A stretch of 64,000 bases of DNA. It comes from Eledone cirrhosa (taxonomy: Eukaryota). Shown piece by piece: positions 36,750 through 49,359 of the stretch (positions within the stretch are counted from its first letter, which is position 1; the number at the start of each line of letters is the position of its first letter). The notes beneath the pieces are model-generated. The model saw nothing but the letters and a program-made list of their open reading frames with translations, made no database searches and was not told the DNA's origin. The position numbers and the translations under genes were made by a program. The stretch is from the NCBI GenBank assembly GCA_964016885.1, contig OZ024758.1, positions 25,234,001 to 25,298,000 of the forward strand, in the 5' to 3' direction.

Positions 36750-38798
36750 GGACGAGAATGCAAGGACCCCTCTTTATTTCAGACATGGATGACCAACATA
36801 ATGCCGTCTCCCACACCCCTCCCTGCCCCTCCAACCCATACATTCCACCCTCCCAACTTCAGAGTTGGTACCATGAACGTAGGCACATTGAAAGGTCACT
36901 CAAATGAGGTTGTAGAGCTGCTTGAACGTAAGAAGTTGATGTTTGTTGTGTTCAAGAGACTAGGTGGAGAGATGGGTCTGCCAGATTCATCGTGGATAAA
37001 AAATGATGCTATAAACATTTCTGGGTGGGAAATGACAACGGACTGGGTGGAGTAGGAATCATGTTAGCTGAAAAATGGGTAGCCAGATATATTATATCCT
37101 TACTAGGAGACATGATAAAGTGTCTGTTGTAAACACTACATCCCTCCCCCATGAAGAATGTGCCTCCCAACATAGCCTAGTAGTTAGTGACCTCATAGTC
37201 AGGAATAGACGTACTCGACGACAGAGGAGGACTACCTTGAGGAGAAGAATATGGAAGTTGAAGGACACCATAACCAGTGACAAATTTTAAAGCTTATTAC
37301 TTGATGCCTTTGACAATAAGGAAGAGCAATTAGAGACGTGCAATATAGAGGAACAGTGGGAATTCTTGAAAGTGAACCTGCTGAAAGTGACGGATGAAAT
37401 CTGTGGCTGGAACAGACCTATTGGCAGGAGGAGAGTAACTTGGTGGTGGAACAGTAAGGTGAAGGAGAAAAGCTAGGAGACAAGTGTACCTTGCAAGAAG
37501 GGAAGCAGAGGATAGAAAGTTCAAGCATGTTCTACACCGTGAGGACCAAAAACGTGAGGTGTTCAGGATTGCTAGGCAATGTCTCAAGGAAAACCGTGAT
37601 ACTATCGGGGAGAAGTGTGTCCGTAATGATGATGGTGTACTTGCCCTCACTGATACTGATAAGAAGGTAGCTTGGAAGTGTCACTATGAGAGACTATTAA
37701 ATGAGGAGAATAAATGGGAAAAAGATAGTCTGCCCCAAATCAATCCAATAGAAGGACCAGCGGTGCAAATTAAAGGTAGTATAATAAGTAAGGCAATCAA
37801 AGATATGAAGGCAGGCAAGGCAGCTGGGCCTTCGGAGATAGTTGCTGAGATGTTGAAAGCATCTGGAATGGTGGGACATACTATGGTCACCCATATAGTA
37901 ATCCAAGTAATACAGAATGGGGTCATACCAAAAGATTGGCATAGCAGCATCATCAATAACTGCTACAAGGGTAAAGGGGATGCTCTAGATAGGGGAAACT
38001 ATAGAGGCATTAAATTAATTGACCAGGTCATGAAGGTCACAGAAAGAGTTATAGCGTAACTAATCAGAGAGCGAATTGATCTAGATGAAATGCAGTTTGG
38101 GTTTGTGTCAGGTAAAAGTACCACAGACGCCCTTTTCCTTGTATGACAACTACAGGAGAAGTACCTAGCTAAAAGTAAACCCCTCTACTTAGCTTTTGTA
38201 GACCTGGAGAAAGCCTTTGACAGAGTCCCCCACTCCGTTATCTGGTGGGCTCTTAGAAAACTAGGTGTAGATGAATGGCTTGTGAGAGCTATACAAGCCA
38301 TGTATAAAGAAACAGTCAGTAAGGTTAGAATTAACAATGAATATAGTGAAGAATTTAGTGTAAAAGTTGGTGTTCATCAAGGATCTGTCCTTAGCCCCCT
38401 TCTATTTATTGTTGCCCTTCAGGCTATAACAGAGGAGTTTAAGACTGGCTGCCCATGGGAACTCCTATACGCAGATGATCTAACTCTCATAGCTGAATCT
38501 ATGGCTGAACTAGAGAAGAAATTCCAAACATGGAAGCATAGCCTAGAATCAAAAGGCCTTAAAATTAACTTGTCTAAGACTAAAGTTCTAGTTTGTAGAA
38601 AGGAAAATAGGGTACAGGTGCCCTCTGGGAAATGGCCATGCTCAGTGTGTAGGAAAGGAGTAGGTATAAATTCCATTTTATGTCCCAAATGCAAACTATG
38701 GGTACACGGTCACCCGACCAACCTTGCCAAATTGGGACAACTCCCGTCTAACCCATGCTAGCGTGGAAGATGGACGTTAAACGATGATGATGCTGATG
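36750..38798 (+). pseudogene. Degenerate RTE LINE: AP endonuclease plus RT, internally deleted
   Basis: RVGTMNVGTL, CCVQETRW, GVGIM, SQHSLV; RT with in-frame stops (TAA 38057, TGA about 38144), YADD; joins a (GAT)n-tailed 3' end at about 38705. Confidence 0.9.
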
Positions 38799-38914
38799 AC
38801 ATATATATATTTGTTCAATGAAAAAGAGTTAGTTGATTTATAATCAGCTGACTTATATATAACAGATTTCAAGCATTCAACGGTATATGTTTAACTGGAG
38901 TTTTATTATAATAA

Positions 38915-39040
38915 TAATTGTTTCTACTTTAGGCACAAGGCCAGCAATTATCCCAGTGTATTACTGGTATTTTATTTTATCGACCCCGTAAGGATGAAAG
39001 GCAAAATTAACCTCGGCGGGATTTGAACTCAGAATGGCAA
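38915..39040 (-). mobile_element. Truncated SINE A with a 22-bp target duplication
   Basis: GGAGTTTTATTATAATAATAAT at 38897 and 39041. Confidence 0.88.
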
Positions 39041-39061
39041 GGAGTTTTATTATAATAATAA

Positions 39062-39285
39062 TAAATGACAGACAGTTACTTTAGACCATCCCAATTGATT
39101 TATTATAGGTATTTCAAAGATGCAAGGCTTATGTATAACATAAGCCAAAACATGTTCTCTTCAGACAAAATCCAGTGGAGTTTGTCTGAAGAGAACATGC
39201 TTTGGTTTATGTTATACATAAGCATTGCATCTTTGAAATACCTATAATAAAATCAATTGGGATGGTCTAAAGTAACTGTCTGTCA

Positions 39286-39289
<4 letters not shown>
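39062..39289. mobile_element. Fold-back pLTR-like element, about 110-bp arms, hammerhead core in each arm
   Basis: The arms pair; CTGAAGA (39186)...GAAA (39235)-TACCTA-TA-ATAAA on plus and its mirror on minus. Confidence 0.75.
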
Positions 39290-39322
<33 letters not shown>

Positions 39323-39324
<2 letters not shown>

Positions 39325-39480
39325 AGGAAATGTGGTAAGGAACCAGGTGGACCATAACGCACCAAAGTACTCAATACTTAGGGTAGTAGAGTGGGTAATA
39401 GGAACGAGTAGGACCCCGACGGCTGAGCTCAAGCTGTTTCGACGGCTTGAGCTCAGCCGTCAGGGTCCTACTCGTTCCTA
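39323..39480. mobile_element. (TA)n-associated dispersed repeat ending in a hairpin with about 37-bp arms
   Basis: GTGGTAAGGAACCAG..GACCATAA..CACCA.AGTACTCAATACTTAG recurs at about 44655, 48057, 55081. Confidence 0.75.
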
Positions 39481-39581
39481 TATATATATATATATATATG
39501 CATGCTGCATTGCTAAAACTCGTTCCTATATATATATATATATATGCATGCTGCATTGCTAAAACAATCTCTATACCTCTC

Positions 39582-39620
<39 letters not shown>

Positions 39621-40175
39621 TGCTGCTTTACACAACTTCCTACTCAACTCTTGTGCACTCTCTCCTCTTTCAACTCTTGGTCACCATTGCCTTTTAAATC
39701 AGCCTCTCAGTAGTATTTCCCTTAAAAGAATAGAAACTGCAAATAATGGAGAGGACACTTTGGCCGTTTTAAATGCTAAAAGGATTAAAGAAAGAAAATA
39801 CACACAAATTTCACTGAAACAAAGTAAAATCTACAGAATTGAAATTCTATGAAATATTTGCAAAATTAAAATACCCAATTTAATTTCTTGATTATTAGGT
39901 AATATTTCAAATTTTGATTGGATATATTTTAATGACAAGTATATTTATTTCAATAAAACTTTTTAATAAATGTATATAGTCTGTTGATCGTGTCAGAGAA
40001 AAAAATGCCAAATGGTAAAAGTGACTAGAAGGCAATGGTATTTAATATATAGCATATACGTCATGCTTAAATAGTTTGCAAAATTGGCTACACCCAGTTT
40101 ATATCATACATATATCAACATATATATATATATATACTCATATATATATATATAATATATCATCATATATTTCTG

Positions 40176-40233
<58 letters not shown>

Positions 40234-40704
40234 TATGTATATATATATATATATATATACATATACATGTGTGTATTTGTGTAAATCTCTATACATGTAT
40301 GTATATAAATATAAGTATATACATACATACATACATACATGCATATATATATATACACATAAATACTCACACACACGTATATATATATCCCTTGTAGACA
40401 TACATATACATGAATATATTGGTAAATGTATTACATATTTACATGTATTTATATATATATATATATATATATATTCCTCTCTATAAATGTGTATGTGTGT
40501 GTTTGTGTTTGCATGTTTGCACGTAAGTGTGTATGTGTATCTGTATATATATGTATATGTATATGCAATATAAATCTGAGAGAAACAGCTGGCCAAGTTG
40601 ATAAGATGTGAGACAGCCAACTGATTGATCCAGAACTTGTCTAGTATTGCAAATACTTTATTAAGTTCATGGCAAAGACCCTTTCCTCTGAAATGCCATA
40701 TGTC

Positions 40705-40845
40705 TGCGGTTAGGAAAGGAATCATAGGTTCAATCCTAATGCAGCGCGATCCTATGAACAAAGTGTCTTCTGCCACACCTTTAAGAAGTCTACCAAAGAC
40801 TTGTGAGTGTAATTTAATGGACAGAAACTCTATTGCAGCCTGTGG
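40705..40845 (+). mobile_element. Old tRNA-derived SINE (family C); related copy at 53410-53570 (-)
   Basis: GGTTCAATCC...AAGTGTCTTCT...ACCAAAGACTTGTGAGTG...GACAGAAACT. Confidence 0.55.
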
Positions 40846-40904
40846 AAGCAACTGCTTCTGATTTGAGGTGGAGGACTTTATTCACCACTTAATTTAACAT
40901 TATA

Positions 40905-41417
40905 TCATCATCATCATTTTACGTCCGCTTTTCCCTGCTTGCAAGGGCGGGACGGGAACTGATTCTGGCTTGATTTCTACAGCTGGATGCCCTTCCTAAC
41001 ACCAACCTCATTTACAGTGAGTGCTGGGTGCTCTTTTGCCGTGGCACCTCCACGACCACTTTGCTACACTCATTTCTACAGCTGAGTAAACTGGAGCAAT
41101 ATGAAATAAAGTGTCTTGCTCAAGGAAACAACACATCACCCGGTCTGAGAATTGAACTCACAACCTTTCGATTGCAAGGCCAATGCTCTAACCACTAAGC
41201 CATGTGCCTCTATATATATATCCAGGGTGGTGGATTGGCAGTATCGGTAGAGGGTCGGACGCCATGCTTTGCAGCAAAGAGTTACGGCCCTTTATGGTCT
41301 GAGTTCAAATCCCGCCGAGGTTAACTTTGCCTTTCATCCTTACGGGGGTCGATAAAATAAAGTACCAGTAATACACTGGGATAATTGCTGGCCTTGTGCC
41401 AAAAGTAGAAACAATTA
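40905..41417. mobile_element. SINE B (40905-41210, minus) head-to-head with SINE A (41226-41417, plus)
   Basis: Match to the family copies above. Confidence 0.9.
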
Positions 41418-41764
41418 TATATATATATATATCCAGTTGCTAGTCGCTTTACCGTGTCGGTTGTCACAAACAGTCACGACCGGCATGGGCTGGGGTTTGG
41501 ATTCTGTCGATCGATTGGTTATTGATTAGGCGATACCCGCTGATGAAGCCGCATAAGCCGATTGTGCATTGTTGCATAATATATGCAGACGGATGGTGCA
41601 GTGCACATTACTGCTGTATAAAGTGCTGCCAAAACTCGACACCGGAAACTCTTATAACTATGTGTATACTCTGGGAATGTATCTTACATTACCCATGGAG
41701 TACGCTGAGATACAACCGGTCCTTGCATTGATGGGTCCATCAACTCCTTATTATATATTTATAA

Positions 41765-42165
41765 GGGCGGTAGATTGGCAGTATCGGTAGAGAGTCGGAC
41801 GCCATGCTTTCCAGCATAGTTACGTCCCTTTACGATCTGAGTTCAAATTCCGCCGAGGTTAACTTTGCCTTTCATCCTTACGGGGTCGATAAAATAAAGT
41901 ACCAGTAATGCACTGGGTATTTGCTGGCCTTGTGCCTAAAGTAGAAACAATTATATATATATATATATTTATAAGGGCGGTGGATTGGCAGTATCGGTAG
42001 AGGGTCGGATGCCATGCTTTGACGTATAGAGTTATGACCCTTGCCATTCTGAGTTCAAATTCCGCCGAGGTTAACTTTGCCTTTCATCCTTACGGGGTCG
42101 ATAAAATAAAGTACCAGTCATGCACTGGGTAATTGCTGGCCTTGTGCCAAAAGTAGAAACAATTA
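41765..42165 (+). mobile_element. Two SINE A copies in tandem
   Basis: 41765-41952 and 41975-42165, both preceded by TATATTTATAAGGGCGG. Confidence 0.9.
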
Positions 42166-42260
42166 TTTAACCAGGTGGTGCTATTAAGTTAGACATGGCC
42201 TGGGCCAATACTGGCCGAAAGTTATCACAGTAAGTAACCTTTTAGCATTAGATATACACT

Positions 42261-42502
42261 TTAACTCTTTAACACTTTAACTTTAGCATTCACATTAGTC
42301 TATATATACTATTATATTTTCATGGTAAAGGCTTTACCTCACATAATTATCTCACATAATATCGAATCTATGAGAATTTGAAAGTATTTATTTTGAGAAC
42401 AATACCTTAACATCAGTTTGAGCAACCAGTTACAGCCAGTTTCAACAGAAAGAGGTAGAGAATTCTGGCTGGTTTTGGCCAGTTTGAACACTAAAGGGTT
42501 AA
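42261..42502. mobile_element. piggyBac-like MITE
   Basis: ...GAACACTAAAGGGTTAA end; body matches 52046-52273. Confidence 0.8.
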
Positions 42503-43017
42503 GTAAAGAAATGACTTTTAGCAAAACAAACCACTTTAAGAAATTAGTTGGACAAAACTATTAATGAGACTATCTCAGACTTATTGTATGAAGAAACAAT
42601 TGACCATTAGGGCAGCATTAGTATAAGAAGCTTGCTAAAGATGTGATTCTAACGAATAATAGTAAATGAATGTAAGAAGAACATCCATTATATTTCATCA
42701 AGTAGCCATAGAAGTACATTGCAAACTACTTTTGAGAGTATTCACTATTACAGTACTTAAAAATGTATTAACTTTACGTTATAGTTTATGGTCTTGACTT
42801 TAAAAAAAAACACAGAAAAAACAAACAAACAAATTTTGGTTTTGAGATAAGAAGTTGAAGTAACTAGTGTGTGTATGTGTATGTGTGTGTATGTGTGTGT
42901 GTGTAGGGGATGGGGTGGTGAAGAGGCTGACTGTGGTAGGAAAGATAAACAAGAAGTAGAGAATATTCAGACGACACAAAGTTTATAAAATAGTTAACAG
43001 ATTTCTAAAAAAAAATA

Positions 43018-43395
43018 TATGTGTATATATGTGTGTATGTGTGTGTGTGTGTGTCTTTGTGTGTGAGTGTGTGCATGTGTGTGTGTGTATGTGTGTGTGT
43101 GTCTGTGTGTGTGTGTGTATGGCTCTGTGTGTGTCTCTGTGTGTATGTGTGTGTGTATATGTCTCTGTGTGTGTATGTGTCTGTGTGTGTGTATGCATGT
43201 GTGTGTGTCTGTATGTGTATGTCTCTGTGTGTGTATGTGTCTGTGTGTGTATGTATGTGTGTCTGTGTGTGTATGTGTCTGTGTATGTGTGTGTGTATGT
43301 CTCTGTGTGTGTGTATGTATGTGTGTCTGTGTGTGTGTGTATGTCCCTGTGTGTGTGTATGTATGTATGTGTGTGTGTGTATGTGTCTGTGTGTA
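43018..43395. repeat. (GT)n compound microsatellite
   Basis: Directly visible. Confidence 0.95.
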
Positions 43396-43757
43396 TCATC
43401 ATCACCGTTTAGCATCCATTTTTCTATGCTTGCATGGCCAGGGTTGGCCATGTCACACCTTTCTCCGACAAGGACTGTAAATTTGGCTGGATATTTTACA
43501 GCTGGATGCCCTTCCTAACACCAACCTCATTTACAGTGAGTGCTGGGTGCTTTTTTGCCGTGGCACCTCCACAACCACTTTACAGTGGAATGATAGGGAC
43601 CCCAGTCCCTATCATCTCATTTCTACAGCTGAGTAAAGTGGAGCAATGTGAAATAAAGTGTCTTGCTCAAGGAAACAACACATCACCCGGTCTGAGAATT
43701 GAACTCACAACCTTTCGATTGCAAGGCCAATGCTCTAACCACTAAGCCATGTGCCTC
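43395..43757 (-). mobile_element. SINE B with a divergent 3' tail
   Basis: Head and body match family B; 43395-43495 differs from the usual tail. Confidence 0.85.
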
Positions 43758-43823
43758 CAACTTGTTAGTTGAAATTCATACAAACACACACACACATACA
43801 AAATTGAACTCGTTAGTTGTGAT

Positions 43824-43890
<67 letters not shown>

Positions 43891-44079
43891 TGGGGGAGAT
43901 ATGTGTTTGTGTCTATATTGTATCTGTATTTTTGACCGTTGGTCAGTCAATGGTAACATTGAGGACCGAATAAATTAAATTAACCGATATAAAAGACACA
44001 GAAGCGAAAACCAACCAAACAGTGAGTGTCTTCTGTTATTAATTCTGGCAATATTATTACACAAATATGACCCCCCCCC

Positions 44080-44139
<60 letters not shown>

Positions 44140-44440
44140 TTATTAAAATAACAGATTAAAGTTTAAGCAAAGAATTGCTGCTTTCACCCTTAATGGGATC
44201 TTCTGAAACTAAAAAAATCAATCTGTGAACGCAGAAGTAAATATTTCAAAATCGTTGTAACCGAAGGAAAACAGGAAGACAATACTTTGGTTTGTGAAGC
44301 AATGAACGGAAAAAAGTGAAGATAATACGTCGTTATGTGGAGCGATGAGAACAATTACACACAAAGACAAAACCACGTTTATGGTATGAATGAAGTCATA
44401 TACTAATATTCTATTTAGGAAACCGAATGATTCTCGGCTT

Positions 44441-44632
44441 CGGTGGATTGGCAATATCGATAGAGGGTCAGACGCCATGCTTTGCAGCAAAAAAGAGTTA
44501 TGTCCCTTTATGGTCTGAGTTCAAATCCCGCCGAGGTTAACTTTGCCTTTCATCCTTACGGGGTCGATAAAATAAAGTACCAGTAATACACTGGGATAAT
44601 TGCTGGCCTTGTGCCTAAAGTAGAAACAATTA
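44441..44632 (+). mobile_element. SINE family A
   Basis: Family match. Confidence 0.9.
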
Positions 44633-44828
44633 TTTTCCTTATATATGTATATATATCAGGATGGATTCTGTTAGAACTGGTTAGACCATTACTCACCAGA
44701 GTACTCAATACTTGGAGTAGTACAGTATGGTCATATGAATGAGTCAGGACCCCAATGGCTGAGCTCTTGCTGTTTCAACAGTTATTTCCAGAATCATTCA
44801 TATATATCTAAACATATATCTTTTTGAC

Positions 44829-44857
44829 ATGGGTGGTGATGGTGGTGATGGTGATGG

Positions 44858-44922
<65 letters not shown>

Positions 44923-44958
44923 GTGGTGATGGTGATGATGGTGAGGATGATGATGGTG

Positions 44959-45000
<42 letters not shown>
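44829..45000. repeat. (GAT)n microsatellite
   Basis: Directly visible. Confidence 0.95.
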
Positions 45001-45001
<1 letters not shown>

Positions 45002-46067
45002 GTTATGTTATGTTGCAAACACTGACTTAATAATGAGTAAGTTAGTATATTACTGTGCAGCTTTAACCCCCTTCCCCCTCAATTCCCTCTAAATGACCCT
45101 CCCGGTCAAAGCCGCATGTAGTGTTATCTAGTGTGTGTGTGCGTGTTATCTTTTTATGTGTCTACGATTTAGTAAGCAGCCAAAATTCTGCTTGCTTCAA
45201 CCGACACAATTGATTAACTCAAGATTCTATAACGCATGCACGCACCCTTCGCCCCTGGTATGAGTATATAAATATAAACACGCTAACACAGACACACAAA
45301 AATACACATTCACACATATATACATATACACATACATTCACACAAACACACACATACACAAGAGTAGCAAATGGAACGTCAGATACTGTTTTGCTATAGT
45401 TTTTTTTCACTATCCCCTTCCTTCCTTTTACATACACATACATTCACACAAACATACACACACATTGTGTGACGGATGGACGGAAATCGCTTAAATTTAT
45501 ATATAGATTCTGTTATGAAACATCGGTCAAATATATAAACTGCTCTTTTGACTAGACTCAGAATTTAGGTTCTAAGTTTACTTTTTTTTATTCCACTTTA
45601 AACATTTTTTTTTTGGTTTTGTTTCATCAAAGTTGTTTTCATAAACAAAAATGAAAAGGTATATTTTAGATTGAAATTTACACTTGAGATAAAAATTTAT
45701 AAACAATTTTTTATCAATTTAAATCAAATTAAATACTTTAATTGAATTTTAATTTGCAATGAAATATTTTTTTCAGCAAATTTCAGCTCTCAATTTCAAT
45801 TTATAAAAATATTTTATATTTATGAAGTTAATAGAAAATTAAGGGAAAAAAAATGGAAAAAAAGTTGAATTAAACAAACACACATCCTTTGAATTTTTAT
45901 ATAAATCAAAATATTCCACAAAAAATTTAATAATTTCAAAAGAATATTTCTGTGTTATTTAGTTTAGATTTGATGTAATTGAAAACAGTTACATTAAAGA
46001 AATTAGGCAACATGTTATTACCAAGCTAAATAGGATTATTGGTTTTTCTCTGATTACATGAAGTTAT

Positions 46068-46530
46068 GTTGGCCTAGTGGTAAGGGTGTTGGACTTACGA
46101 TCATAATATCAAAGGGTTCGATTCCTGGGCTGGGTTGTGTGTTATGTTCTTGAACAAAACACTTATATACGAGGGTTGGCTGAAAAGTTGATAGGATGAC
46201 TATGAAGGAGTGATGCTAGAGCAGTGAAATCTTGCATGCATTAATCTAAACTCTTCTTATTAATAACTGGACTTACGATCATAATGTCAGGGGTTCGATT
46301 CCTGGGCTGGTTTACGTGTTGTGTTCTTGAGCAAAACACTTCATTTCACGTTGCTCCAGTATACTCAGCTGATAATGAGTACCGGCAATAGCTGAGGGGT
46401 GGGTTTAACCCTATGATGGAGAGGTGTCCTGTCCATCCAGAGGGGAGTCTTGTTCTCTCTGTCGCTTCACGTCATGAAACGAGGATAAGCACCAGCTCAA
46501 CGCGTTGCTTGCAGCGTCCGAGAGGATGCA
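46068..46530 (+). mobile_element. tRNA-head SINE (V-domain-like body) with a duplicated head and an interposed mariner-MITE half (46168-46267)
   Basis: TGGCCTAGTGG, GGTTCGATTCC; GGACTTACGATCATAAT occurs twice; AACCCTATGATGGA...TCCAGAGGGGAG...GTCGCTTCACG. Confidence 0.65.
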
Positions 46531-47297
46531 TGCAGTCGTCAGAGAAAATCCTTCTGTATTCACTTGTTCAGTGTGCAAACATAGTTGACTTGTGGAGTTT
46601 TGTCAAACAGATGTTGTTACTTGTAAGATGGATATGGCTGTGAGCTGAGTCCTTCATTAAGATTGCCCCACACAAATGAAAGAACTGAAAACAGACACTT
46701 TCCTCTTCAGCCATAACCTCAGGTCGCTCTCAAGTGCTACTGGTAACATGTAACCCAGTACAACCTGTCTTATGGTCAGGTCGTCAGATACTAAACCGGC
46801 AACCCTACCAAGCTTGCTTGGTGAGGAGGGTGATATTTGAACACCCTGTGGGCAGGATGAAATGTAAAACCCGGCGAAGGGCAGAGGAATGCAGCAGAGT
46901 CAACAGCCATCCAAATAGTACTTTTTTTTTTTACCACTTGGAAGAGGTGGAGCAAGTGGAGATGGAGAGGAGGTGCCCCTCCCACCCAGAGTAAATTTGT
47001 TGAAAGGTAGATGACAGCAGGCCTGGAGAGAGATGGGTTCAACCAGGCTTAAAATGGCCAAGAAGCGCTGTATGTCCCAACGGTGCCCCTATGACTCTAT
47101 CAGGAGATACGGGGACTGTGACAGAGTACATACCCGTGGAAGCTAGTGTAATCTTGAATGTGTGTTGTTCCCTTGACTGATGATTCTCCTCCCTTGAGAC
47201 CCTATCCCATATGGGTATATGCTATCTACCGTCATTTTTATCTTTGCTCTTTGTAATCTGTCCCCTCGGTCATTTCTGTTGCAGAAAATGGAAGAAA

Positions 47298-47825
47298 TCG
47301 TCATCATCATCATCATCATCATCACCATCGCCATCATCATCACCATCACCATCATCATCACCATCATCACCACCACCACCATCATCACCACCACCATCAT
47401 CACCATCACCATCATCACCATCACCATCATCACCATCATCATCACCATCGCCATCATCATCACCATCACCACCACCACCACCATCATCATCACCACCACC
47501 ATCATCACCATCACCATCATCACCATCACCATCATCATCATCATCATTACCACCATCATCATCATCATCACCATCACCATCATCATCATCACCATCACCA
47601 TCATCATCATCATCATTACCATCATCATCATCATCACCACTACCATCATCATCATCATCATCATCATCATCACCACCATCATCACCACCACCACCACCAC
47701 CACCATCATCATCATCACCATCATCATCACCACCACCACCATCATCACCACCATCACCACCACCATCATCACCATCATCATCACCATCATCATCTCATCA
47801 CCATCACCATCATTATTATTATTAT
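47298..47825. repeat. (CAT/CAC)n simple repeat
   Basis: Directly visible. Confidence 0.95.
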
Positions 47826-48015
47826 AGACCCCTTATTTTGAAATCATATATTCTCAAATCTCCAATGGCTGAATTTAAAACTTCCTACTCAATGGAAGTC
47901 ACATATGTGAGAGTGTGTGTGTGTGTGTGTGTTTATGTATGTATGTATGTATAGAGGGGGAGAGAGAGAGAAGAGGGAAAAGAAAGTGAAGAGAGAGAAA
48001 GAGAGAGTGAAATAT

Positions 48016-48054
<39 letters not shown>

Positions 48055-48467
48055 ATGAAGGAAATGTGGTAAGGAACCAGGTGGACCATAACGCACCAAA
48101 GTACTCAATACTTAGCGTAGTAGAGTGGGTAGTAGGAAAATGTTTGACCCCGACGGCAGAGCTCAAGCCATCGAAACAGCTAGGGCTGTGAAATCTTTTA
48201 TGCATTAATTTCAACTCTTCTTATTGTTTAGTAACTGGCCTTGTGCCTAAATAAGAAACTATTATTTAATTGTTTTTTTCCAGGGACTATGTTGAAAAAT
48301 AAACCTCATTTGGTCATACCATGAGAGTATCTTGGTCAGACTATGAACTTTTCAGCCAACCCTCCCTCATATATATATATGCAGAGGTTATATTTAATTT
48401 GTTGGGATTCAACAAGCTTAAACATTTTTATAACTGATATAAAGCATTCAACAGATTAGTGGAGTAA

Positions 48468-48750
48468 ATATACAATATCTTAATAAATGGAAACTATATT
48501 TATAAAACCATAATTATATTATTATATATATTTCAAGGGCGACCAAGGTAAAATACATCAGATAAAATACAGATTTGTTTTATAAATAAATATTGACATA
48601 CCCGGTTATGTCAATATTTATTTATAAAACAAATCTGTATTTTATCTGATGAAAGCGCACCATAATTTACCTTGGTCGCCCTTGAAATATATATAATAAT
48701 ATAATTATGGTTTTATAAATATAGTTTCCATTTATTAATATATTGTATAT
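48468..48750. mobile_element. Fold-back pLTR-like element, about 135-bp arms
   Basis: Arms pair around CCCGGT (48601-48606); same family as 11177-11362. Confidence 0.85.
48636..48703 (+). ncRNA. Minimal hammerhead ribozyme
   Basis: TATTTTAT-CTGATGA-AAGCGCACCA...TGGTCGCCCTT-GAAA-TATATA-TA-ATAATATA. Confidence 0.7.
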
Positions 48751-48753
48751 ATA

Positions 48754-49239
48754 TCATCATCATCATCATTTTTTACGTCCGCTTTTCCCTGCTTGCAAGG
48801 GTGGGACTGGAACTCATTCTGGCTTGATTTCTACAGCTGGATGCCCTTCCTAACACCAACCTCATTTACAGTGAGTGCTGGGTGCTTATTTGCCGTTGCA
48901 CCTCCACGACCACTTTACAGTGAGGGCTGGGTGCTTTTTTGCCGTGGCACCTCCACGACCACTTTACAGTGAGTGCTGGGTGCTTATTTGCCGTGGTACC
49001 TCCACGACCACTTTACAGTGAGTGGTGGGTGCTTATTTGCCGTGGCACCTCCACGACCACTTTACAGTGGAATGATAGGGACCCCAGTCCCTATTATCTC
49101 ATTTCTACAGCTGAGTAAACTGGAGCAATGTGAAATAAAGTGTCTTGCTCAAGGAAACAACACATCACCCGGTCTGAGAATTGAACTCACAACCTTTCGA
49201 TTGCAAGGCCAATGCTCTAACCACTAAGCCATGTGCCTC
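48754..49239 (-). mobile_element. SINE B with four 48/49-bp units
   Basis: Family match. Confidence 0.92.
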
Positions 49240-49240
49240 C

Positions 49241-49293
<53 letters not shown>

Positions 49294-49299
49294 CATATA

Positions 49300-49340
49300 C
49301 ATATATTTCAGACTTGACTGGCCTTCATCAGAACGGTCCC
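49300..49340 (-). ncRNA. Truncated hammerhead core
   Basis: Minus CTGATGA-AGGC-CAGTCAA-GTCT-GAAATAT then (TA)n; the 3' strand of stem I is missing. Confidence 0.45.
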
Positions 49341-49359
49341 TCCCATCGCTTGCAACGAA

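Noticed and set aside
41535-41660. CTGATGAAGCC in a (TA)n-adjacent unique block
   Set aside because: The nearest GAAAC is about 100 nt away and I could not build stems I and III
44168-44210. Hammerhead-like CAGAAGA-TCCC..GGGT-GAAAG on minus
   Set aside because: Core altered and no stem I or cleavage triplet; at most a decayed relic (53355-53380 and 55270-55350 are similar)
45050-45508. Possible non-autonomous Helitron (minus-strand start TCTATATATAAA...CCGTCCATCCGTC)
   Set aside because: No matching 3' hairpin-CTAG end found
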